A program made the translations under genes and the position numbers. A stretch of DNA of 64,000 nt, taken from NCBI GenBank assembly GCA_963765575.1, contig CAVXWZ010000008.1, forward strand, positions 1 through 64,000. The letters run 5' to 3'. Positions within the stretch are counted from its first letter, which is position 1; each line of letters begins with the position of its first letter. Shown piece by piece: positions 1-9,630 of this stretch. Source of the DNA: an uncultured cyanobacterium (GTDB lineage Bacteria > Cyanobacteriota > Cyanobacteriia > PCC-6307 > Cyanobiaceae). Below the pieces are notes generated by a model. The model saw only the letters and a list, made by a program, of their open reading frames with translations. It searched no databases and had not been told where the DNA came from.

Positions 1-98
1 CTTGTCGATCTCCAGGATCCCTGCGGATCAGCCGTGGGCCTCCTGTCCAGACTTCAGTTGATACCGCCGTCGCGGACCTCTTCCCTTGCCCCGGCACC

Positions 99-569
99 AT
101 GCCCTTCGCGCTGAATTTCGTCCACCCGGTGCTGATGTGGGTGCTGCTGGGCCTGATGCTCTACTCGGGCTACCTCGGCTACAAGGCCAGTTTGATCCGC
201 AAGGTAGGCGCCGAGGAACGCAAGGCGATGGTTCCCCTGCACTACGGCCAGCGGCACGCCCAACTCGGTGCGGTGATCCTGGGCCTCACCCTGCTGGGCG
301 CCGCCGGGGGGATGGCTGTCACCTTCCTCAAGAACGGCAAGCTGATCATCGGCCCCCACCTGTTCGTCGGCCTGACTGTTGCCGTGCTGGTGATCGCCAC
401 GGCCTCCCTGGGACCTTCCCTCCAGAAGGGCAAGGACTGGGCGCGGGGCCTGCACGTGGCCATCAACGGGGGAGTGCTGCTGCTGTTCGGCTGGCAGGCC
501 TACACGGGCATCGCCATCGTCCAGAAGCTGCTGAGTTCAGCGGCATCACCAACGTCCCTTGGCACCTGA
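99..569 (+). CDS. DUF4079-family membrane protein (4 TM, His-rich; possible b-heme binding)
   Basis: HPVLMW N-terminus, H...LG, HLFVG and ARGLHVAIN helices typical of cyanobacterial DUF4079. Confidence 0.75.
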   Translation: MPFALNFVHPVLMWVLLGLMLYSGYLGYKASLIRKVGAEERKAMVPLHYGQRHAQLGAVILGLTLLGAAGGMAVTFLKNGKLIIGPHLFVGLTVAVLVIATASLGPSLQKGKDWARGLHVAINGGVLLLFGWQAYTGIAIVQKLLSSAASPTSLGT

Positions 570-573
570 TCCG

Positions 574-1218
574 ATGACGTTCACCACTCCGCTCAAGCGG
601 CTGGCACGGCTGGCCCTCTCCACCTTGCTCCTGATGCTGGTCGGCGTTGGGCTGTTGACGGCTCGGCCGGGTACCGCCCTGGCGGCAGAGGCCTCGCCGC
701 CGGTCGATTCGGCAGCACTCTCCAAGGCCGTTGTGGCGATGGAGCAGCTCGATCAGATGCGCATCTCCCTGGCCTCCACCCTCGAGGGCCGCACCGAGGA
801 GCCCACCATCGAAACGATGAAGGAGGTGTGCAAGCCCGTAGGCATGCGGGCCATCGCCATCGGCAAGGAAAACGGCTGGCAGGTGCGCCAGGTGGCCAGC
901 AAGTACCGCAACCCCGACCATGCCCCCGCCAACGCTCAGGAGCGCCAGGTGATCGATCTGTTCAGTCGACACCCTGAGATCAACGGGCTCTGGGAGCCGG
1001 CCGTGGCGGAACAGGGCGCCGGCCTGAACTACTACCGCCGCATCAACGTGGAGCCAAGCTGCCTGGCCTGCCACGGCACAAAGGCCAGTCGGCCGGCTTT
1101 CATCAAAGACAACTACCCCGATGACAAGGCCTTCGACTTCAAGGTGGGTGACTTGCGGGGAATGTATGCCGTGCACCTGCCGGAGGTTCAGGCCGCTCTC
1201 GCCGCCGCAGCTGGCTGA
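574..1218 (+). CDS. Tll0287-like / DUF3365 periplasmic c-type heme protein
   Basis: Signal peptide, EVCKPVG, KYRNP, CLACHG heme motif, FKVGDLRG C-terminal motif. Confidence 0.85.
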   Translation: MTFTTPLKRLARLALSTLLLMLVGVGLLTARPGTALAAEASPPVDSAALSKAVVAMEQLDQMRISLASTLEGRTEEPTIETMKEVCKPVGMRAIAIGKENGWQVRQVASKYRNPDHAPANAQERQVIDLFSRHPEINGLWEPAVAEQGAGLNYYRRINVEPSCLACHGTKASRPAFIKDNYPDDKAFDFKVGDLRGMYAVHLPEVQAALAAAAG

Positions 1219-1287
1219 GCCACGCCAGCTGAAGGATCTGCCGACTGTCTGCCGGAATCGGCATAAGCAATTTGGAGGCCAAGCATC

Positions 1288-1836
1288 ATGTCCCTCAGTC
1301 CCTCGCTCCGATCCAGCGACGAGCTCCCCAGCCTGGGACGTCGCCAGTTCATGAATCTGCTCACCTTCGGTGCCGTCACCGGGGTGGCACTCGGCGCCCT
1401 CTACCCGGTTGTGCGCTATTTCATCCCACCACGGGAGGCCGGCTCATCGGGTGGTGCCGTTGCCCTCGACGACCTCGGCATTCCGATCGTGGCCAGCGGC
1501 TGGCTGGCCAGCCACCCCGAAGGCGACCGCAGCCTGGTGCAGGGCCTCAAGGGAGATCCCACCTATCTGATCATCGAAGGGGAGGGCGCCATCGGTGCCA
1601 TCGGCCTCAACGCGATCTGCACCCATCTGGGCTGCGTGGTCCCCTGGAACAGCGGCGAGAACAAGTTCATCTGTCCCTGCCACGGCAGTCAGTACGGCCC
1701 TGAAGGGGCCGTGGTCCGCGGTCCCGCCCCGCTGCCCCTGGCCCTGGCCCATGTGGCTGTCGAAGGCGAACGGGTGCTGCTCAGCCCCTGGAATAAGACC
1801 GATCCCCGCACCGGTGAGCAACCCTGGTGGAGTTGA
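1288..1836 (+). CDS. petC: Cytochrome b6f Rieske iron-sulfur subunit (accessory copy, no petA adjacent)
   Basis: RRQFMNLL Tat signal, [16 protein letters not shown] and CPCHGSQY boxes. Confidence 0.95.
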   Translation: MSLSPSLRSSDELPSLGRRQFMNLLTFGAVTGVALGALYPVVRYFIPPREAGSSGGAVALDDLGIPIVASGWLASHPEGDRSLVQGLKGDPTYLIIEGEGAIGAIGLNAICTHLGCVVPWNSGENKFICPCHGSQYGPEGAVVRGPAPLPLALAHVAVEGERVLLSPWNKTDPRTGEQPWWS

Positions 1837-1867
1837 GCGGAACGGCCACTCGTTCGGATCCAGCCCC

Positions 1868-2812
1868 TCAGGAAGGTTCCACGGATGGGCAGCGATAGGT
1901 CCGGTTGAAATTGGCGAAGTCGAAGCTCTGCCCCTCCCCATTTTCGTCCTGCATCATGTCCACGAAGCCCTGACCGAACAACACCTGGGAAGCGGGGTAG
2001 TTGTGATGAGCATGAATCGGCCGCTCCAGGGTTTCGTCAATGCCACTGAACGAAACCACGATGTCGGCACCGCTGGCGGCCAGCTCAGCGGGGGTGCGTC
2101 CATGCAGAGGGCTGTGCTCATCGATGGGATGCATCGCCGTCCAACTGAGCAGAAACAGGGGTGAACGATCGCGCTTCAATGTCAGTGGGTGCAGGCGGCG
2201 CATGCGATGTCCCTCAACGGTGCGCTCATTGACGGCGAGATAGGCCTGAATCCTGGCCTCGAGAATCGTCTTGCGGCGTTCATTGGCGACCCGGAACATC
2301 AAGGTGGGCACCCCGTCGTAATCGTGCACCGTGACCGCATCCGAGAACAGGATCCGCGCCGTCGAGCGAGAAAAGCGACTGAAGGCCATCCCTGTCATCA
2401 GGGCGATCACGATCAAGCCCACCAGCGACTCGACGGTGACGATCAGATTGGTGAACAGGCTGGCCGGATGAAGGGCTCCGAAGCCGATCGAGCCCAGAGC
2501 CTGCACGCTGAAGAAGAAGGCTTCAGCAAAGCTGGTGGTGGCCCCAGCCACCCCGGCGATGCCATGGGGGTCCACCCAGTACAGGAGGCTGAAGACCAGG
2601 TTGAGCAGCAGATACACCGCAGCGATCAGCCCGAAGAAGATCGGCCAGGGCACCGCCAGCATCAGGTGATTGGGGTGGCGCCAGTGGCGGATCCAGTCGG
2701 CTGGATTCACCGCCGAGAAGATGCCTCCGTGCTTCTGCAGTCGCACAGGAGGGGCAGACGGACTCCCGGCGGCAGGCTGCTTCCATGGCACCATCAGCCG
2801 CACCCTCTGCAC
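1868..2812 (-). CDS. Inward-rectifier potassium channel (KirBac-like)
   Basis: FFFSVQ..SIGFG filter, FSRFSR, PTLMFRVAN, WTAMHPIDEHSPL. Confidence 0.9.
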   Translation of the reverse strand: MQRVRLMVPWKQPAAGSPSAPPVRLQKHGGIFSAVNPADWIRHWRHPNHLMLAVPWPIFFGLIAAVYLLLNLVFSLLYWVDPHGIAGVAGATTSFAEAFFFSVQALGSIGFGALHPASLFTNLIVTVESLVGLIVIALMTGMAFSRFSRSTARILFSDAVTVHDYDGVPTLMFRVANERRKTILEARIQAYLAVNERTVEGHRMRRLHPLTLKRDRSPLFLLSWTAMHPIDEHSPLHGRTPAELAASGADIVVSFSGIDETLERPIHAHHNYPASQVLFGQGFVDMMQDENGEGQSFDFANFNRTYRCPSVEPS

Positions 2813-2919
2813 CTCGGCACAGCCTATCCTCTTATGCGTGCCTACGCATGAACTTTTGTATGGCAGGGCACCGTTTCGCGCTGGTCTATGCCTAGAAAGA
2901 GGGAGATCGGAGCTGGCAG

Positions 2920-4213
2920 ATGGCCGAACCAGCCTCCATCGGCCACTGCCACCACCAGATTCTGATCGTGGGCGGTGGCTCCGGCGGCATCACCGTCGCC
3001 GCTCAATTGCTGCGCGCCCGTCCCGGCCTGGATGTGGCGATCCTGGAGCCCGCCGGCGTTCACGAGTACCAGTCCGGCTGGATCCTGGCCGGCGCCGGTC
3101 TGCTCCCCTACGGGCAGACCCACCGGCCCGAGGCCGCCCTGATCCCGGCAGGTGCCACCTGGATTCAGGGCAGCGCTGCCAGCTTCGAGCCGGAGGCCAC
3201 CGGCTGATCACCGCGGCCGGTGCATCCATCAGCTACGACGTGCTGGTGGTGGCCATCGGTCTCCAGCTCAACTGGAACCGGATCAAGGGCTTGCCGGAGG
3301 CCCTCGGTAGCCATGGCATCGTCAGCAACTACTCCCACGCCCACATCCCCCGCCACCTGGGAGGCGATCCGCCTTTTCCATGGCGGCACGGCCTTCTTCA
3401 CCCATCCCGCCACACCGATCAAGTGCGGTGGCGCCCCCAGAAGGTGATGTACCTGGCGGACGACGTTTTTCAGGCCACCAGCGGCGTAGGGGTGAACACG
3501 CACGTGATCTTCTGCAGCGCCCGGGCTCAGCTGTATCCCGTCAAGGCCTACAACGCCACCGTCGAGCGCATCGTGGCGCGGCGTGGCATCGAAGACCGGC
3601 TGCTCCACAACCTGAGTCGAGGTGCGCCCCGAGGAGCAGGTGGCGGTCTTCGAGGTCAGATCGGAAGGCAAGGAACCGGCAGCGAGAGGAGATCCGTTTC
3701 GATCTGCTGCATGTGGTGCCGCCGATGGCGGCGCCGGAGGTGGTGGCTCCCAGCCCCCTGGCGACGGGGGACCCGGAGGCTGGGTGGAGGTGGACCGGTC
3801 ACCAGCCAGCACAAGCGCTTCGCCGAATGTGTTCGCCCTCGGCGATGTGAGCTCCCTGCCCACGGCCAAGAAGCCGGCCGCCGTCCGGGTCGGCGCCGGT
3901 GCTGGTCGGCCAACCTGCTGGCCCAGCTGGATGGACGCCCGCTTGCGGCCCACTACGACGGCTACACCGTCTGCCCGCTGATCACCGGCTTCGACAACGT
4001 GGTGATGGCGGAGTTCGACTATACCTCCAGCCGGTGAGCTCCTTCCTGGTGGATCCCACCCAGGAGCGCTGGAGCATGTTTCTGGTGGAAACGCGGGTGT
4101 TCCCGTGGGTGTACTGGCACCGGGTGCTCAAGGGCCGTCTGCACGAGAGCCGCTTCCTGAAGCCGCTGGCGCCGTTGGTGCGCGCGTTGGGGCTGGCGTT
4201 CAAGCAGCCGTGA
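2920..4213 (+). CDS. sqr: Sulfide:quinone oxidoreductase, type II (several frameshifts)
   Basis: Pieces in different frames: [11 protein letters not shown] motif, [39 protein letters not shown]. Confidence 0.85.
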
Positions 4214-4567
4214 TCACACCGCCTGCAGTTGGCTGAGCTGCTGCTCCAACCGCTGCTTGAGCCGACGTTGCACCAGGTTGCAGAGGTCCTCCACAAGGGG
4301 ATCAGCCACCGCGTAGATCAGCCGTGTGCCGTCCCGCTCACAGGCCACCAGGCCGGCGCGCTGCAGCTGGCCCAGCTGGCGGCTGATGTGGGACTGGCTG
4401 AATCCGGTGGCCTCGATCAGGGATGCCACATCCATGGTGCCGCCGTGCTTGAGCTGACAGAGCAACTGCAGGCGGGCCGGCTCGCTCAGCAGGCGGAAGA
4501 AGGCGCTGAGTTCATCGAGGAGCTGGGGACTGGGCAGGGACTGGGGCTGTGGCTGGGTCCGGCGCAT
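4214..4567 (-). CDS. ArsR/SmtB-family repressor, BigR/SqrR-like
   Basis: FRLLSEPARLQLLCQL...SQSHISRQL..L...GLV HTH; Cys in helix 2 and in the C-terminal helix. Confidence 0.85.
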   Translation of the reverse strand: MRRTQPQPQSLPSPQLLDELSAFFRLLSEPARLQLLCQLKHGGTMDVASLIEATGFSQSHISRQLGQLQRAGLVACERDGTRLIYAVADPLVEDLCNLVQRRLKQRLEQQLSQLQAV

Positions 4568-4588
4568 GGACGGGCTTATGTCGATACA

Positions 4589-4673
4589 CGCATTATGCAT
4601 GAAGTGCGCATGGCGGGGGGCTGGGGCGCGCAGCGACCCGGACAACCGAGATCGCTTTAATGCCCATAATGCG
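4589..4673. promoter_or_regulatory. Divergent promoter region with inverted CGCATTATG/CATAATGCG (-10-like CATAAT on each strand)
   Basis: 9-bp perfect inverted pair at 4589-4597 and 4665-4673 between the ArsR gene and the PDO gene. Confidence 0.45.
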
Positions 4674-4676
4674 GCT

Positions 4677-5830
4677 ATGCTCATACAAGTTCGTGATCGA
4701 TCACCCGTGGCCGTCGCTCCCGCACCCGCCCTGTCCCTCTCTGCCGCCGCCGGCGGTGGTTCCCTGCTCTTCCGCCAGCTGTTCGACGGCGACACCGGCA
4801 CCTTCACGTATCTGCTGGCTGATGTGCCCAGCCGCAAGGGGGTGATCATCGACACGGTCTACGAGCAGCACGGCCGCGATCTCGCCCTGATCCGCGAACT
4901 GGGCATCGATCTGGTGGCGTCAATCGACACCCATGCCCATGCCGACCACGTGACAGGGAGCTGGCTGATGCACGAGGCCACCGGCTGTGCCATCGGCCTG
5001 GCCGCCGCCGCCCGCGCCGAGAACGTCACCCTGCCGCTGCGGCCACGGCGATCGCGTTGCCTTCGGCAGCCGCACCCTGGAGGTGCGCGCCACCCCAGGT
5101 CACACCGACGGCTGCATCAGCTTCGTGCTTGATGACCAGTCGATGGCCTTCACTGGCGATGCGCTGCTGGTTCGCGGCTGCGGCCGTTGCGACTTCCAGC
5201 AGGGCAACGCCCACACCCTCTGGAACTCCATCACCGAGCAGACTGCTGACGCTGCCCGAGTCCTGCATGCTCTATCCCGGCCACGACTACACCGGTCGGA
5301 GTGTCACCTCAGTGGCCGAAGAGAAGGCCTTCAACGCAAGGCTGGGCGGCAACGCCAGCGAGCGGGATTTCGTGGGCCACATGGAGAACATGAAGCTCCC
5401 CCATCCCCACAAGATCGCCGAGGCCCTTCCCGGCAACATGCGCTCCGGCAAGCCTCGCGAGGAGGCACAGCTCCCCGCCTGGGCGCCCCTGGCCCGCAGC
5501 TATGCCGGCCTACCTGAACTGACCCCAGCCTGGGTGGTTGCCCATCAGGGCGAGGTCACCGTGCTCGACGTGCGCTCCGCGGAGGAATTCAACGGACCCG
5601 ACGGGCGAGTGGCCGACAGCCTGTTGATCCCCCTGCCGGAGCTGGAAGCCCAATCGGCCCAGATTCCAGCCGACAGGCCCGTGGTGGTGGTCTGCCACTC
5701 CGGCAGCCGCTCCGCCCTGGCCACCCAGCAGCTGCTCAAGGCGGGCAGGGCCCAGGTGGCCAACCTGCGGGGCGGCCTGAGCCGCTGGGCTGCTGAGGGC
5801 TACCCGCTTGAGGGCGTTAACCCGGCCTGA
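4677..5830 (+). CDS. Persulfide dioxygenase (ETHE1-like MBL fold) fused to C-terminal rhodanese; frameshifted
   Basis: [42 protein letters not shown], then DVR..EEF / CHSGSRS rhodanese. Confidence 0.9.
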
Positions 5831-5891
5831 GGCTTCCAGTTCCGATCGACATCTCAAGTTCGCCTTTCCTCTGATCTTCACTCCCCCAACC

Positions 5892-6446
5892 ATGACAACC
5901 ACCTCCTCGATGCCTGCCCCCACCCGCATCAATGCCCACGACCTGGCCGACCAGCTGGCGGCCCGCGATGTCACCGTGATTGATGTGCGCGAACCGATGG
6001 AGTACGCCTCCGGCCACATCAACGGCAGCCTCAACATTCCGCTCGCGCGCATCACCCAGGCCGATCTGCCCCGCGGACCCCTGGTGCTGGTCTGCCAGAG
6101 CGGTAACCGCAGTGCCAAGGCCTTGAGCCAACTTCTCCAGCAGGGCCACCCCCACCCGGTGGCCGACCTGATGGGTGGTGTGCCCGCCTGGCAGCAGGCC
6201 GGTTTTGACGTGCGCAAGCTCAAGGGGGCACCACTTCCCCTGATGCGCCAGGTGCAGATCGCGGCCGGCAGCCTGGTGCTGCTGGGGGTGATCCTGAGCC
6301 AGACGGTGGCCCCTGGTTGGATCTGGCTGAGTGGATTCGTGGGCGCCGGGCTCACCTTCGCGGGCATCAGCGGCTTCTGCGGCATGGCCCGCCTGCTGGC
6401 CGCCATGCCCTGGAACCAGGTGGCGATGGGATCACAACGGAAATGA
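5892..6446 (+). CDS. Rhodanese with C-terminal DUF2892 membrane domain (YgaP-like)
   Basis: IDVREPMEY, CQSGNRS, RQVQIAAGSL, GFCGMARLL..MPWN. Confidence 0.9.
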   Translation: MTTTSSMPAPTRINAHDLADQLAARDVTVIDVREPMEYASGHINGSLNIPLARITQADLPRGPLVLVCQSGNRSAKALSQLLQQGHPHPVADLMGGVPAWQQAGFDVRKLKGAPLPLMRQVQIAAGSLVLLGVILSQTVAPGWIWLSGFVGAGLTFAGISGFCGMARLLAAMPWNQVAMGSQRK

Positions 6447-7328
6447 TCACGGCGACCATGGCGCTGCTCGTGGCGGGTGGCGCCTTGATCGGCTTTCTGC
6501 TCGCCGTGCTTGGGGCCGGCGGCTCGATCCTGCTGTTGCCCCTGCTGGTGAGCGGTGCGGCCTTGCCCACCAAGGCCGCAGTTCCGCTCTCGCTGCTGGT
6601 CGTCACCCTGCTGGCCCTCGGCAATGTCGGTCCCTACATCCGCCGCCGGCAGGTCGCGGTCCGACCCGCCCTGGTGCTGGGGTTGCCGGCACTCGCCGGC
6701 AGCTGGATCGGCGGCTCGCTGGTGAAGGCCGGTCTGATCCCGGAGGTGATGCAGCTGGGAATCTTCACGGCAGCGGCTTTGCTTGCGTCCTGGCTGCTCA
6801 ATCGCCGGAGTGCTTTGAAGCATCCCCCCAATCGACGGACGCCCAGCAGGCTCGCCCATGGCGCTGGCCAGCCAGGGCGTGCTGGTCGGCCTGCTCACCG
6901 GCATCGCCGGGGTGGGCGGCGGTTTTGCGATCGTGCCGGCCCTCGTTCTTCTGGCGGGCCTGCCGATGCAGCTCGCCAGCGGCACGAGCCTGCTGCTGAT
7001 CGCCACGAATTCCCTGGTGGCTCTTGCCGCTCTGGGCCACTGGCCCACGGCCCACCTGCCGCTCCTGTTTCCTCTTGTAGGTGGTGGCTTCCTGGGGGCG
7101 GTCGTCGGCCAGCGGCTCGCGCCTCACCTGCCGGAGGTGCGGCTGCGCCAGGGTTTCTCGGCCCTGTTGATCGGCTCGGCCCTGCTCACCGGATTCGAGG
7201 CCTGGAGACGCCACGACCACCCGCCCGCCGTATCCAGGGCTGCCGCCAGCCGCCAGGTCGCGCCCTCCCCGTCCTGGTCTCCTCACCCGTCTCTCCCTTC
7301 TTCGCCGCTTCCGTCGCGCCATGAATGA
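6443..7328 (+). CDS. TauE/SafE sulfite exporter (frameshift near 6850)
   Basis: LGAGGSILLLPLL and GVGGGFAIVPAL repeats; hydrophobic. Confidence 0.85.
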
Positions 7329-7767
7329 ACGCACTTTCCAGTTCCGGTTGCGCAGCAGCCACCCCGCTCCGGATCGCGCCACTCAGGATCTTGTGGTGGA
7401 GTTCCTCGGCGACTCCGGCGAGTGGGAACCCCAGCAGCTCAGCCTCACCATGCCGGGGTTCCGCATCTATCTGATCTCACTGCTGCTCTGCCAGCACTTC
7501 TATCTGGTGGCCAATGCCAGGGAGAAGGCCATCCCGCTGCAGCAGGTGGAGGCCGACTTCCTCGTCACCACCAGCAGCGACTGGATCGTGGCCGGCGTGG
7601 AGGGTGACTTCCGCATCCGCCTGGATGCCGCCGCCTCCGAGCAGGAACGGGGCCTTGCCGATGCCGACGCCATCGCCTACATGCAGGAACGGATGAAGCT
7701 CTGCCCCATCTCCCGCAACTTGCCCGATGGGGTGCGCAAGCGCATCGACCTCACCTCCCTGGGCTGA
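7321..7767 (+). CDS. OsmC-like protein
   Basis: SLLLCQ...A...IPL and CPISRNL Cys pair. Confidence 0.55.
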   Translation: MNERTFQFRLRSSHPAPDRATQDLVVEFLGDSGEWEPQQLSLTMPGFRIYLISLLLCQHFYLVANAREKAIPLQQVEADFLVTTSSDWIVAGVEGDFRIRLDAAASEQERGLADADAIAYMQERMKLCPISRNLPDGVRKRIDLTSLG

Positions 7768-7798
7768 TCCATGGAGTTCTCCGTTTTGCCCCACTGAC

Positions 7799-8300
7799 AT
7801 GGACACCCACTTCCTGATTCCGGTCGATGGCAGCGAGCTGTCGGAAGGCGCGCTGCAGGCCGCCATCGCTCTTGCCCAGAGGCTGGACGCACGGCTGACC
7901 GTGCTCTATGCGCTGCCCACGGCCGGCGCCTATGCCTACGCCACGGTGCCACGCGTTCGTGGAGAGATCCGAGATCGGTGCGAAGACCCTCCAGGAGATT
8001 CACCAGCTGATCGCAGATAGCGCCGCCACCTATCTGAAGAGCCTCGTGGCTCGTGTTCAGCAGGCCGGCGATCCCCCTGGCTCGATCCAGGTGGCGGTGG
8101 AATGCGTCGAGAGCGACGAGCCGCACCGCGCGATCCTCGATGCGGCCCAGCGGCTGGGCTGTGATCTGATCGTGATGGCCTCCCACGGCCGTCGCGGGCT
8201 CGGGGCGTTGCTGCTGGGCAGCGAGACACAGAAGGTGCTGACGCACAGCACACTGCCGGTGCTGGTGTGGCGGCCCCCTGCGGTGAGCCCTGCCTCGTGA
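7799..8300 (+). CDS. Universal stress protein (frameshifted)
   Basis: LIPVDGSELS...DLIVMASHGRRGL..LLLGSETQKVLTHS. Confidence 0.9.
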
Positions 8301-8303
8301 GGC

Positions 8304-8666
8304 CTACCGGGCCAGCAGCATCCTGAGGCCGATCAGCACCGTCGCCCCACCGAAGATCCGCCCCAGCAGCAGGTTCGGCAACTGGGTGGCGACCCGTGCC
8401 CCCAGCAGGCTGCCGAGCAGGAATCCGAGGCAGATGAAGGCGGCGATGCGGATGTCCACATCGCCCTGCTTCCAGTAGGTCCAGGCGCCGAGGATGCCGA
8501 TCGGCGGTACCAGCAGGGCCAGCGTCGTGCCCTGGGCGGCATGCTGCGAGAACCCGAAGACAAACACCAGAGCCGGCACGATGATCACGCCGCCGCCGAT
8601 GCCGATCAGGCCGCTCAGGGTGCCGGCTGTGCCCCCCAGCAGGACATAGAGGATGACGGAGATCAA
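8304..8666 (-). CDS. Short TauE/SafE-family exporter
   Basis: GLIGIGGGVIIVPAL...QHAAQGTTLA; start codon uncertain. Confidence 0.8.
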   Translation of the reverse strand: MISVILYVLLGGTAGTLSGLIGIGGGVIIVPALVFVFGFSQHAAQGTTLALLVPPIGILGAWTYWKQGDVDIRIAAFICLGFLLGSLLGARVATQLPNLLLGRIFGGATVLIGLRMLLAR

Positions 8667-9008
8667 GGCGTTGTCCGCAGGGAGAAGACGGCAGCTTCCT
8701 AACCGGATCAGGAGCCAGGCGCCACGACGAGGTTTCGGCGCTTTAGGGAAGTCGCAGGGAACTGAGCCGGTTGGGTGGTGGCGGTGCAGTTCGGCAGGAA
8801 CGCGCCCACACCCTTTGAAAACGCTCTCAGCACGCTGCTCGCCACCAGCAGGACAATCACCACCACCACTGAGAGGCCGGCGATCAACGGAATCAGGATG
8901 GCTGTCCACCTGGCGCGGTCTGCACTCGGCCGGGGCGAGCGCAGAGCACCAGGTCCAGGGGGTTGGCCCTTCCGGTGTGTGCTCCGCAAGCCCGGTGGAG
9001 AGTCCTGG

Positions 9009-9497
9009 TCAGGCCAGATCGTGCAGGGTCAGGGTTTGCTCGGGGTTGAGATCGATGCGCAGCGGTCCTGCGCTGCTGGTCAGCGTGAGCTGCAGGGGAA
9101 GGGCGTCGCTGGGACGGGGGGTGAGGGCGTCAAGGTCGAACTGGGCGGAACCCGCGGGTATGGGCGTGCCATCGGGAGGCACGATTTCCTCGCTCCTGTT
9201 ACCCAGGGTCCAGCGCTGACCCATGGCGTCGCTGACCTGCAGAGCGTCGGTGTGGTCGAGGACGAGGTCGGCCTCGAGGGCATTGAGGCGCAGCCGCCAG
9301 CCGGAGGGGTACTCGGGAAAGGGTTGCTCGAAAACCGAGGCCTGGAAGCGGTGTCCGGCCTCATCGCTCAGCGGCCAGCTGTCGACTGCCGCTGCCGGGG
9401 CGACCAGCACCAGGGAGGCCAGCAGCACAGCCAGAAGGCCAGCCAGCCCCTGGCGCCAGCGACGTCCGAACCGCTCGAAACAGATCGTCATATTCAT
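9009..9497 (-). CDS. Secreted protein, DUF3122-like
   Basis: Signal peptide; LSDEAGHRFQA, WRLRL, AQFDL motifs. Confidence 0.5.
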   Translation of the reverse strand: MNMTICFERFGRRWRQGLAGLLAVLLASLVLVAPAAAVDSWPLSDEAGHRFQASVFEQPFPEYPSGWRLRLNALEADLVLDHTDALQVSDAMGQRWTLGNRSEEIVPPDGTPIPAGSAQFDLDALTPRPSDALPLQLTLTSSAGPLRIDLNPEQTLTLHDLA

Positions 9498-9630
9498 GTT
9501 GTCTTAGCTTTTATGACGATAAGATCATAGCAAGATTCAGGTTCCTTCCCCCTGTCCACTCCGCTCCATGGCCGTCGTCCATTGTCCCTGCCCGGTCAGG
9601 TCTCGGCCCTCCCTCACGCGCTGCCTGCTG

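Noticed and set aside
2920..4213. Programmed frameshifting in sqr or other genes
   Set aside because: Too many breaks, no consistent slippery motif; sequencing error is simpler
8708..8910. Possible small membrane ORF upstream of the second tauE
   Set aside because: One hydrophobic stretch but no clear start or family motif
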